This document shows, piece by piece, positions 30,901-41,138 of a DNA stretch of 64,000 nucleotides. The notes below the pieces were generated by a model, which was given only the letters and a program-made list of their open reading frames with translations, was not told the origin of the DNA and did not search any database. Origin of the DNA: Antechinus flavipes. Lineage: Eukaryota. How positions within the stretch are numbered: the stretch's first letter is position 1; the number at the start of each line of letters is the position of its first letter. The DNA lies in assembly GCF_016432865.1 (NCBI RefSeq), contig NC_067400.1, positions 632,896,001 to 632,960,000 on the forward strand. Direction: 5' to 3'. The position numbers and the translations under genes are program-made.

Positions 30901-31879
30901 AAATGAGGGAAAGAAGAGAAAGGAGAGAAGAGAGAGACAAAGAGGGAAATGAGAAAGAAAAGACAGAGAGGAGAGGGGAGAAAAGAGATGGAGAGATAGA
31001 GAAAGTGAAAGGGGAAGGAGAGAAAGTGGGAGAGAAAGTGGAAGAGAAGCAAGGGAGGGAGAGATAGAAAGTGAGAGTAATGTTGCAGTGAGACAGTGGG
31101 AAAGAAAGGAAAGGAATAAAGGGGATAAGGAAATTAAGGGAGAGAGAACAAGGAGAAAAAAAAGGAGAAGGGAGATAAGGAAGACAGAGGGAGAGAGAGA
31201 ACGGGAAGAAGAGAAAGAGAGGGAAGAATGTAGAGGAAGAGAAAAGTAGGGAAAGGAGAGGGACAGAGAATGGAGAATGAGAGGAAGGGAGGGAGGTGGA
31301 AGAAGAAAGGAAAGGGAAAATTAGGGAAAGTGGCAGAAGGAGGGAGAGAGGTGAAGAAAAGGAGAGAGAAGACATGAAAAACAAGGGAGAAGAAGCAGAA
31401 AAAGACGAGTGAGAAGGAGTAGGGGGAGTGAGAGTGAAAGAAAGTAAAGGGAGAAAGTGGGAGAGGAAGGGAAAGTAAGAGATCAAGAGAGGGAAAGTTA
31501 GAAAGGGAGAAAGGAGAGAAAAAAGGCCAAGAGGTGAGAGAGAAGAGAGGGAAAGATGATAACAGAAGGGGGCGTGGAGAGGAGTACAGTTAAAGGGAGT
31601 AAGAAAGAGGGGAATAGAGGAAATGAGGGGGAGAGAGGAGGAAAGTGAGAGAGGGAAAGAAAGTCAGAGAAAAGGCAAAGTGGGAGTGGGAGAAGGGAGG
31701 AGAAGAGAGAATGCAAGGAGAGGGGAGGAGAGAGGGACAGTTAAAGAGGGAGAGACAGGAAAGGGGGGAGAAAAGAGATGGGGTAAGGAGAGAGTGAAGA
31801 AAAGAGAAAAGGACAAAGGAGAGAGAGGCAGCCAGTGGGAAACTAAAGCCCAGGAGGTAGAAAGGGTGTGCTTGAATGC

Positions 31880-32555
31880 CCACTCGCTCCCTCCTTTTTC
31901 CCACCCCAGTCCCTACCTCCTCCTGTGGGTCCCGATTCTTTCCATCTCTTTCCTCATTCTTTCCATTGTGCAATTCCCCTATCCTCTGTATTCTCTTCCT
32001 CTCTCCCCCTCTCCATTTCTCTCTCCTTCCCTCTTTCTCTCCTCCCTCCTGTTTCTCTCCCCCTCCCTCCTTCCCTCTTTCTCCCCCAGTTTCTCTTCCT
32101 CTCTCCCCCTCTCCTTTCTTGCTCTCCCTCCCCTCTCTTTCTTTCTCTCCCTCTCCTCCCTCCCACTCTCCATTTCTCTCTCCTTCCCTCTTTCTCTCCT
32201 CCCTCCCACTCTCCATTTCTCCCTCCTTTCCTCTCTCCCCCTCCCTCCTTCCCTCTTTCTCTCCTCCCTCCCACTCTCCATTTCTCCCTCCTTTCCTCTC
32301 TCCCCTCTCCATTTCTCCCTCCCTGCCTTTTCCCCTCCAGTTTCTCTTCCCCTCCCTTTCTTTCTATCTCCCTTCCATTTCTCCCTCCCCCTCCTCCTTC
32401 CCTTTCTCCCTCCCTGTCTCTTTCTCCCCCAGTTTCTCTTCCCCTCTCTCCCCCTCCCTCTTTCGCTCTCCCCCTCCCCCTCTCCATTTCTCTCTCCTTC
32501 CCTCTTTCTCCCCTCTTCATTTCTCCCTCGCTGTCTTTCTCTCCCCCATCCCCCT
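31880..32555 (+). repeat. Polypyrimidine block (opposite polarity to flanking purine tracts)
   Basis: C/T-rich on the plus strand; recurring module CTCTCCATTTCTCTCTCCTTCCCTCTTTCTC. Confidence 0.95.
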
Positions 32556-32967
32556 TTGGTTTTAAGACTTCCCAGGTACTTTTCTCACAAGGCCCATAGG
32601 AGGGAGGGGGTAGGATCTGGGGCCTGGGATTTTGGGGGGACAGGGAGCTAGGGAGATCATCTGGCAGCACAGGGAGGGTGCTATCTTCTCTGCTCGGCTC
32701 CCACCCGTGAGATGATTGAGTGGCCCCCTCCCCCAGCAAGGCGGGGGTCCAAGGCAGCCCTCCAGGCCATCTTCCTGGGCTCGCCCCTCCCCTACAAGTG
32801 GGCCTGTGAAGGTTCCCCAGCCCGGCGTTCTTTGGGAGGCTGGGGTGAGAAGGCAAGAAAAGGAATTGGGGAGAGAGACAGAGATGGAGAGAGAGATGAA
32901 GAGATAGAGAGACAGAGACAAAGAGGGAGAGACAGAGGGAGACAGAGGGAGACAGAGGGAGAGACAG

Positions 32968-34875
32968 AGAAAGGAGCTCCATCCCTGCCGGGAACCGGGC
33001 CCGTGGCCCATGAACCTCCCCCTCCCACCAGCCCTCGCCCCGGGACTCAAGACACTGAGACACAGACAGAGACAGAGAAAGGAGCTCCATCCCTGCCGGG
33101 AACCGGGCCCGTGGCCCATGAACCTCCCCCTCCCACCAGCCCTCGCCCCGGGACTCAAGACACTGAGACACAGACAGAGACAGAGAAAGGAGCTCCATCC
33201 CTGCCGGGAACCGGGCCCGTGGCCCATGAACCTCCCCCTCCCACCAGCCCTCGCCCCGGGACTCAAGACACTGAGACACAGACAGAGACAGAGAAAGGAG
33301 CTCCATCCCTGCCGGGAACCGGGCCCGTGGCCCATGAACCTCCCCCTCCCACCAGCCCTCGCCCCGGGACTCAAGACACTGAGACACAGACAGAGACAGA
33401 GAAAGGAGCTCCATCCCTGCCGGGAACCGGGCCCGTGGCCCATGAACCTCCCCCTCCCACCAGCCCTCGCCCCGGGACTCAAGACACTGAGACACAGACA
33501 GAGACAGAGAAAGGAGCTCCATCCCTGCCGGGAACCGGGCCCGTGGCCCATGAACCTCCCCCTCCCACCAGCCCTCGCCCCGGGACTCAAGACACTGAGA
33601 CACAGACAGAGACAGAGGCAAAGGAGAGAAGAGGTGGGGGGAGAGTCTGACAGAGGAGGGCAAGAGAAGAGAGAGAGGTGAGATAGAGAGAGGGAGAGAC
33701 AGAGAAAGGAGCTCCATCCCTGCCGGGAACCGGGCCCGTGGCCCATGAACCTCCCCCTCCCACCAGCCCTCGCCCCGGGACTCAAGACACTGAGACACAG
33801 ACAGAGACAGAGAAAGGAGCTCCATCCCTGCCGGGAACCGGGCCCGTGGCCCATGAACCTCCCCCTCCCACCAGCCCTCGCCCCGGGACTCANNNNNNNN
33901 NNNNNNNNNNNNNNNNNNNNNNNNNNNNNNNNNNNNNNNNNNNNNNNNNNNNNNNNNNNNNNNNNNNNNNNNNNNNNNNNNNNNNNNNNNNNNNNNNNNN
34001 NNNNNNNNNNNNNNNNNNNNNNNNNNNNNNNNNNNNNNNNNNNNNNNNNNNNNNNNNNNNNNNNNNNNNNNNNNNTGCCGGGAACCGGGCCCGTGGCCCA
34101 TGAACCTCCCCCTCCCACCAGCCCTCGCCCCGGGACTCAAGACACTGAGACACAGACAGAGACAGAGATGGAGAGAGAGATGAAGAGATAGAGAGACAGA
34201 GAAAGAAAGAGATGGAGAGAGACAGAGAGGCAAAAGAGAGAAGAAAGGGGGAGGAGAGAATCTGACAGAGGAGGGCAAGAGAAGAGAGAGAGGTGAGATA
34301 GAGAGAGGGAGAGACAGAGGGAGACAGAGGGAGAGACAGAAAGACAGAGGGAGAGACAGAGAAAGGAGCTCCATCCCTGCCGGGAACCGGGCCCGTGGCC
34401 CATGAACCTCCCCCTCCCACCAGCCCTCGCCCCGGGACTCAAGACACTGAGACACAGACAGAGACAGAGATGCACAGAAAGATAGGGAGAGACAGAGGGA
34501 GAGACAGAAAGAGGGAGATGGAGAGAGACAGAGATGGAGAGAGACAGAGAAAGGAGCTCCATCCCTGCCGGGAACCGGGCCCGTGGCCCATGAACCTCCC
34601 CCTCCCACCAGCCCTCGCCCCGGGACTCAAGACACTGAGACACAGACAGAGACAGAGAAAGGAGCTCCATCCCTGCCGGGAACCGGGCCCGTGGCCCATG
34701 AACCTCCCCCTCCCACCAGCCCTCGCCCCGGGACTCAAGACACTGAGACACAGACAGAGACAGAGAAAGGAGCTCCATCCCTGCCGGGAACCGGGCCCGT
34801 GGCCCATGAACCTCCCCCTCCCACCAGCCCTCGCCCCGGGACTCAAGACACTGAGACACAGACAGAGACAGAGAA
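32968..34875. repeat. 108-bp minisatellite, ~13 near-identical units in several runs separated by GAGACAGA-rich spacers
   Basis: GGAGCTCC starts at 32973, 33081, 33189 and onward (period 108). Unit GGAGCTCCATCCCTGCCGGGAACCGGGCCCGTGGCCCATGAACCTCCCCCTCCCACCAGCCCTCGCCCCGGGACTCAAGACACTGAGACACAGACAGAGACAGAGAAA. Confidence 0.97.
33893..34075. other. Assembly gap / masked run (183 N)
   Basis: N run inside the 108-bp array. Confidence 1.
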
Positions 34876-35026
34876 AGGGAAATGGAGAGGGAGAGATAGA
34901 AAGAGGGAGAGAGACAGAGATGGAGAGAGAGACAGAAAGACAGAGGGAGACAGAGGGAGACAGAGGGAGAGAGTGAGAAACAGAGGGAAATGGAGAGGGA
35001 GAGACAGAGGGAGACAGAGGGAGACA

Positions 35027-35364
35027 GGGCCCGGTCGCCGCCCGCCCCTCCCGGCCCAGCCTCTCACCTGCAAATCCGTCTCCGGGGCAGCCCCAGCCCA
35101 GGCCGCCCCAATATAAGGGCCCGCAGGCCGGGCTCCGGCCAATGAGCGGCTGCCTCCGCCTCCGCCTTATCTCGGGCCCAGACCCCCCGGCTCCGCGGAT
35201 GCTAAATCGGGCTCCTCAGCTGTCATCAGCCCCTGCCCAGCCTGAGCCCCACCAGACAGCTGGGCCTGCCCTGGGCGGGGGGCACCTGTCCCAGGCCATT
35301 TTTGGGCAGGTTCTCGGCCCAAGAATAGAAACCCCTGAGCGGGCACTGAGCTGGGGGAGGGGCC
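35027..35364. repeat. Third copy of the JOSD2 distal 3' flank (338 bp fragment)
   Basis: Matches 36948-37285 (offset 1921) and shares its diagnostic variants (GGGCCCGGTC, CTGGGCGGGGGG) rather than those of the 39970 copy. Confidence 0.92.
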
Positions 35365-35546
35365 AGGATCGGACCCGGACTGGGGGCTGGGGGAGGGGCC
35401 AGGATCGGACCCGGACTGGGGGCTGGGGGAGGGGCCAGGATCGGACCCGGACTGGGGGCTGGGGGAGGGGCCAGGATCGGACCCGGACTGGGGGCTGGGG
35501 GAGGGGCCAGGATCGGACCCGGACTGGGGGCTGGGGGAGGGGCCAG
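35351..35546. repeat. 36-bp G-rich minisatellite, 5+ perfect units, running into a gap
   Basis: AGGATCGGACCCGGACTGGGGGCTGGGGGAGGGGCC at 35365, 35401, 35437, 35473 and 35509; same unit as at 45.3 kb. Confidence 0.97.
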
Positions 35547-35759
35547 NNNNNNNNNNNNNNNNNNNNNNNNNNNNNNNNNNNNNNNNNNNNNNNNNNNNNN
35601 NNNNNNNNNNNNNNNNNNNNNNNNNNNNNNNNNNNNNNNNNNNNNNNNNNNNNNNNNNNNNNNNNNNNNNNNNNNNNNNNNNNNNNNNNNNNNNNNNNNN
35701 NNNNNNNNNNNNNNNNNNNNNNNNNNNNNNNNNNNNNNNNNNNNNNNNNNNNNNNNNNN
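35547..35759. other. Assembly gap / masked run (213 N)
   Basis: N run. Confidence 1.
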
Positions 35760-36109
35760 ATGGAGACGAGATGGGGATCCGATGCTCCAAGCAGTCCCTC
35801 GCACACAAGGGTCCCTTTGTCCCAGCACTGAGGGGCCCACAACGGAGCTGTTGTCCTGGGCCTGGGGGGGAGGGGAGGCTCTGGAAACCTTCAGAATCCC
35901 AGCGGGACTGGCGGGGCCCTGGAGGGCGTGGGGTCCTTGGCCCCAGCCTGCCCCGAGCCAGCCCCCGGGCCCTGGTTCCTCTGTCCAACAGGGAAGCCCG
36001 GAGCCCCGGCCCAGCTCCCCCCTGCCCAGGGCAGGCTTCTCCCCGAGGGGCCCAGGAGGCTGTGGGCCCCGGGCTGAGCCGGAGGAGGGGGGATGAGTGG
36101 AAAGGGGGG

Positions 36110-36947
36110 GAGACAGCAAGAGCGGAGTCGGCAGAGGCAGAGGCAGAGGCAGAGAGACAGGAGAGGGAGAGATAGAAAGAGGGAGAGAAAGAGGCAAAAG
36201 GAGAAAGGGAGAGGAGAGAGTCTAACAAAGGAGAGCAAGATAGGAGAGAGGGTGAGAGAAAGAAAGAGACAAGAGAGAGAGGGAGAGACAGAGAAAGAGA
36301 AAAACAGAGGGGGATGGAGGAAAAGGGAGAAGGTGAGAAACAGAGGAGAGAGAGGGAGAAAGACAGAGGGAGAGACAGAGAAAGAGAAAAACAGAGGGGG
36401 ACGGAGGAAAAGGGAGAAGGTGAGAAACAGAGGAGAGAGAGGGAGAGACAGAAAGACAGAGGGAGAGAGAGACAGAGAAAAACAGAGGGGGACGGAGGAA
36501 AAGGGAGAAGGTGAGAAACAGAGAGAGAGGGAGAGACAGAGAAAGAGAAAAACAGAGGGGGACGGAGGAAAAGGGAGAAGGTGAGAAACAGAGAAGAGAG
36601 AGGGAGAGACAGAAAGAGGGAGAGACAGAGAAAGAAAAACAGAGGGGGACGGAGGAAAAGGGAGAAGGTGAGAAACAGAGGAGAGAGAGGGAGAGACAGA
36701 AAGACAGAGGGAGAGACAGAAAGAGAAAAACAGAGGGGGACGGAGGAAAAGGGAGAAGGTGAGAAACAGGAGAGAGAGAGAGAGACAGAAAGAGGGAGAG
36801 ACAGAGACAGAGAAAAACAGGGGGATGGAGGAAAAGGGAGAGTGAGAAACAGAGGGAGAGAGTGAGAAACAGAGGGAGAGACAGAGGGAGAGACAGAGGG
36901 AGACAGAGGGAGACAGAGGGAGACAGAGGGAGAGACAGAGGGAGACA
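36110..36947 (+). repeat. GAGACAGA/GGAGGAAAAGGGAGAAGGTGAGAAAC purine-rich satellite spacer
   Basis: Recurring module GAAAAACAGAGGGGGACGGAGGAAAAGGGAGAAGGTGAGAAACAGAG; a paralogous spacer lies at 39361-39969. Confidence 0.9.
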
Positions 36948-38114
36948 GGGCCCGGTCGCCGCCCGCCCCTCCCGGCCCAGCCTCTCACCTGCAAATCCGT
37001 CTCCGGGGCAGCCCCAGCCCAGGCCGCCCCAATATAAGGGCCCGCAGGCCGGGCTCCGGCCAATGAGCGGCTGCCTCCGCCTCCGCCTTATCTCGGGCCC
37101 AGACCCCCCGGCTCCGCGGATGCTAAATCGGGCTCCTCAGCTGTCATCAGCCCCTGCCCAGCCTGAGCCCCACCAGACAGCTGGGCCTGCCCTGGGCGGG
37201 GGGCACCTGTCCCAGGCCATTTTTGGGCAGGTTCTCGGCCCAAGAATAGAAACCCCTGAGCGGGCACTGAGCTGGGGGAGGGGCCGGAGAGCCGGGGCCT
37301 CCTCCCAGCTGTCCGGCCCTCCCCGCCGGCCCCTCCGCCCCACCTGTTCTCAGCCTGACCTCCCTTTTTGCCAGCGCCCCGCAGGGGACCCACAGAGGAC
37401 TCCTCGTGCGTCACGTCCCTCCGCAGTCCTGCCCCCGCGCCGTCCGCCCTCTGTCCCCCCAACAGCTCCCCAGGCCCTGTCCCGGGTCCCGGATGCTCCT
37501 TCCCCCCAGCCCCCCTCCCCCCTCCGCTGCAAGGACCAGGAGCCTCAGCCCTCAAATAGCACTTGAGAGGTTTTTAATGCGCTTGTCAGAGAAATAGTGC
37601 GGCCGGGCGTGTGATCAGTACCATGATGGCTGCCGGGGAAGGCTGTCGAGGCGCTGATATCGCGGAGCTCTCACCAGCCCTGGGAAGTGGGGGCCACACT
37701 TATCCCCATTTTACAGATGAGGAAAGTCAGTCTCCAGAGGGGAAATATAACTTGTGGGGGCGGGGCCCCAGGAAGTCCAGCACTGCGCCCCCCCAGGTCT
37801 GACCCCCCCAGCACGTGGCCCTTGGCACCCAGCTCGGCCGCCGGATCAGTGGAACCTGAATAGGGAAGGGAGAAGTGGGGGAGCCGCCGGGCGGGGCCGG
37901 CCCGGAGGGGAGGGAGGGCAGATAAGGCTGAGGAGGGCCCCCCCCCCGGGCGCCTTCAGCCTCTGCCCCTCTCCGGGCGCTGAGGGCTGGGCAGAGACGG
38001 ACGCCGGCGCGGGGAGGCCAGAGGCCGGGGAAGGCACACTCACGGCGGCCGAGGCCAGCAGCAGTGACAGGGAGAGGTAGGCGCCCGGCGGGCCGGGCCG
38101 TGGGGGCGGGGCGC

Positions 38115-38965
38115 TCAGGCCGCCTGCAGCCAGCTGCCCCGCCCTCCACCTCTTTGGTGACCACCAGAAGCACCTCACACGGGCCCTCGGCCAGGGCGGC
38201 CGACAGGAAGTCCCTGGGGGAGAGGGGCCACGGTGGGTGGCCGGCCTTTGGCCCTGGGCTCCGCCCCCCGCGGCCCCTTGAGCCCCCGGTCCCGCCCCCG
38301 CCCCCGCGGCCCCCCGAGCCCCCGGCCCCGCCCCTTTGCGGCTCCCCGGGCTCCTGCCAATGAGGGGCTCCTCCACCTCCGCCCTTATCTCGGGCCCAGA
38401 CCCCTCGGCTCCGCAGAAGCTAAATCGGGCTCCTCAGCTGTCATCAGTCCCCCTCATCCCCCCCCCCGCACTCCCGGGGCTCAGCCCCTCCTCGGCTCGC
38501 TGGGCCCTCGCCCCCCCCCCCCGCTCCGCCCCCCCCCCCCGCCCCCCGCCGGGCCCTCACCTGAGCTCGGCCTCGCCGCCCAGGGCCACGGGCTCCCGAA
38601 GCTTCGAGTCCAAGTTGTAGTAGACGTTGCCCACCTGGCGCAAGGCCACCCAGTGGCGCCGCTGCAGGGGCAGGGACAGCACGCCCAGGGAGACGGGGGA
38701 GGGCAGGTTCAGGATGAAGCCCAGGACCTGGGGCAGGGCCAGCTGGGCCAAGGGCCTGGGGAAGAGCGCAGGGAGCGGGCTCAGCCGGGCCTCCCCCTCC
38801 CCTCCCGCAGCCCCCGCCCCTCCCCCAGACGAGCTCTCACCGCCGCCGTCCCACCACACGGCCGCCAGCCCCAGGCCCTGAAGAGCAGCCATGATGACGT
38901 TCACATCGTAATTCCCCGTGCCCAGGAGGCTTCGATGAGGGTTCAGGCGGGAATCGGGGGCCAAC
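38115..38965 (-). pseudogene. JOSD2: Partial tandem duplicate of JOSD2 (last three coding exons: 38965-38841, 38755-38561, 38213-38115), lacking the first coding exon, with two 1-nt deletions
   Basis: Block 36948-39360 is near-identical to 39970-42381. Exon B' is 125 versus 126 nt (GACGGCGGCG vs GACCGGCGGCG) and exon D' is 99 versus 100 nt (CCCCGCCC vs CCCGCGCCC). No copy of the exon with the start codon and catalytic Cys. Could be an assembly false duplication. Confidence 0.7.
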
Positions 38966-39360
38966 CTGCAAGGGGCGGCAGGGAGGGCTCTCAGGGAGGT
39001 CTGCTGGGGCTGGGGGCCCCCCTGTCTCCATCCAGTTCCGGGCTGAAGCAGGCCCTGCCCTTCCCCTGCCCGCTTCCCTCTGGCTCCCAGACCCGGGAGC
39101 ACCCAGAAGGGATGAGGAGAAAGGGGGAGAAAGGGACCGGGAAGGCTCCTTGTGAGCCCCTCCCCTCTTTTCCGTTTGTCTTCTGCCCAGAGAAAGGACC
39201 TCGAACACCATAGGGGCAGAATGAATGTTTTTGTCACTGGACCATGGAGCCCCGCCCACACGAGGTTCCTCCTCAGGTCCCGGGCAGCCCTTTGGGGACC
39301 TTCTCTCCTCTGCCCTCCCCACCCTAGTGCAAAGCTCATCACCTCCCGCTGGGTCACCAG

Positions 39361-39969
39361 AGGAGAGAGAGGAGAGACAGAAAGACAGAGGGAGAGAGAG
39401 ACAGAGAAAAACAGAGGGGGACGGAGGAAAAGGAGAGAGTGAGAAACAGAGGAGAGAGAGGGAGAGACAGAAAGAGGGAGAGACAGAGAAAGAAAAACAG
39501 AGGGGGACGGAGGAAAAGGGAGAAGGTGAGAAACAGAGGAGAGAGAGGGAGAGACAGAAAGACAGAGGGAGAGAGAGACAGAGAAAAACAGAGGGGGACG
39601 GAGGAAAAGGGAGAGAGTGAGAAACAGAGGAGAGAGAGGGAGAGACAGAAAGAGGGAGAGACAGAGACAGAGAAAAACAGGGGGACGGAGGAAAAGGGAG
39701 AAGGTGAGAAACAGAGGAGAGAGAGGGAGAGACAGAAAGAGGGAGAGACAGAGACAGAGAAAAACAGGGGGATGGAGGAAAAGGGAGAAGGTGAGAAACA
39801 AAGGAGAGAGAGGGAGAGACAGAAAGAGGGAGAGACAGAGACAGAGAAAAACAGGGGGATGGAGGAAAAGGGAGAGTGAGAAACAGGGAGAGAGTGAGAA
39901 ACAGAGGGAGAGACAGAGGGAGAGACAGAGGGAGACAGAGGGAGACAGAGGGAGAGACAGAGGGAGACA
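39361..39969 (+). repeat. Purine-rich satellite spacer between the two JOSD2 blocks
   Basis: Same module family as 36110-36947. Confidence 0.9.
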
Positions 39970-40594
39970 GGGCCCAGCCGCCGCCCGCCCCTCCCGGCCC
40001 AGCCTCTCACCTGCAAATCCGTCTCCGGGGCAGCCCCAGCCCAGGCCGCCCCAATATAAGGGCCCGCAGGCCGGGCTCCGGCCAATGAGCGGCTGCCTCC
40101 GCCTCCGCCTTATCTCGGGCCCAGACCCCCCGGCTCCGCGGATGCTAAATCGGGCTCCTCAGCTGTCATCAGCCCCTGCCCAGCCTGAGCCCCACCAGAC
40201 AGCTGGGCCTGCCCTGGGGGGGGGGGCACCTGTCCCAGGCCATTTTTGGGCAGGTTCTCGGCCCAAGAATAGAAACCCCTGAGCGGGCACTGAGCTGGGG
40301 GAGGGGCCGGAGAGCCGGGGCCTCCTCCCAGCTGTCCGGCCCTCCCCGCCGGCCCCTCCGCCCCACCTGTTCTCAGCCTGACCTCCCTTTTTGCCAGCGC
40401 CCCGCAGGGGACCCACAGAGGACTCCTCGTGCGCCACGTCCCTCCGCAGTCCTGCCCCCGCGCCGTCCGCCCTCTGTCCCCCCAACAGCTCCCCAGGCCC
40501 TGTCCCGGGTCCCGGATGCTCCTTCCCCCCAGCCCCCTCCCCCCTCCGCTGCAAGGACCAGGAGCCTCAGCCCTCAAATAGCACTTGAGAGGTT

Positions 40595-40600
40595 TTTAAT
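40595..40600 (-). terminator. Probable JOSD2 polyadenylation signal ATTAAA (duplicate at 37573-37578)
   Basis: TTTAAT on plus, about 540 nt downstream of the stop; first common hexamer noticed. Confidence 0.55.
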
Positions 40601-41138
40601 GCGCTTGTCAGAGAAACAGTGCGGCCGGGCGTGTGATCAGTACCATGATGGCTGCCGGGGAAGGCTGTCGAGGCGCTGATATCGCGGAGCTCTCACCAGC
40701 CCTGGGAAGTGGGGGCCACACTTATCCCCATTTTACAGATGAGGAAAGTCAGTCTCCAGAGGGGAAATATAACTGGTGGGGGCGGGGCCCCAGGAAGTCC
40801 AGCACTGCGCCCCCCCAGGTCTGACCCCCCCAGCACGTGGCCCTTGGCACCCAGCTCGGCCGCCGGATCAGTGGAACCTGAATAGGGAAGGGAGAAGTGG
40901 GGGAGCCGCCGGGCGGGGCCGGCACGGAGGGGAGGGAGGGCAGATAAGGCTGAGGAGGGCCCCCCCCCCGGGGGCGCCTTCAGCCTCTGCCCCTCTCCGG
41001 GCGCTGAGGGCTGGGCAGAGACGGACGCCGGCGCGGGGAGGCCAGAGGCCGGGGAAGGCACACTCACGGCGGCCGAGGCCAGCAGCAGTGACAGGGAGAG
41101 GTAGGCGCCCGGCGGGCCGGGCCGTGGGGGCGGGGCGC

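Larger units (their letters stand above)
10192..31830 (+). repeat. ~21.6 kb polypurine (A/G) low-complexity/complex satellite with a few short unique islands
   Basis: Plus strand is nearly all A/G (e.g. 58 of 60 bases in 10261-10320). Interrupted near 14960-15620, 16200-16290, 17180-17340, 17620-17720, 26340-26710 and 27530-27900. Confidence 0.97.

Noticed and set aside
9997-31486. Very long minus-strand F/L/S/P ORFs (up to 1659 aa) and plus-strand K/E/R/G ORFs
   Set aside because: Compositional artefact: a pyrimidine-only strand cannot form stop codons and a purine-only strand lacks T. No domains or splice structure.
32712-33650. 312-aa ORF with 36-aa Pro/Thr repeats containing TQT (mucin-like or LC8-binding-like)
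   Set aside because: TETQTET is simply the translation of the GAGACA microsatellite tail. No signal peptide, promoter or poly(A) evidence, and several frames are equally open.
32968-34875. CRISPR-like reading of constant 108-bp cores with variable spacers (also considered for the 44284-44606 array)
   Set aside because: Mammalian DNA with no cas genes; repeat lengths are wrong and the spacers are low-complexity or promoter sequence.
40051-40061. CCAATATAAGG as an SRF CArG box or TATA promoter
   Set aside because: Seven A/T bases between CC and GG rather than six, and no downstream transcript evidence.
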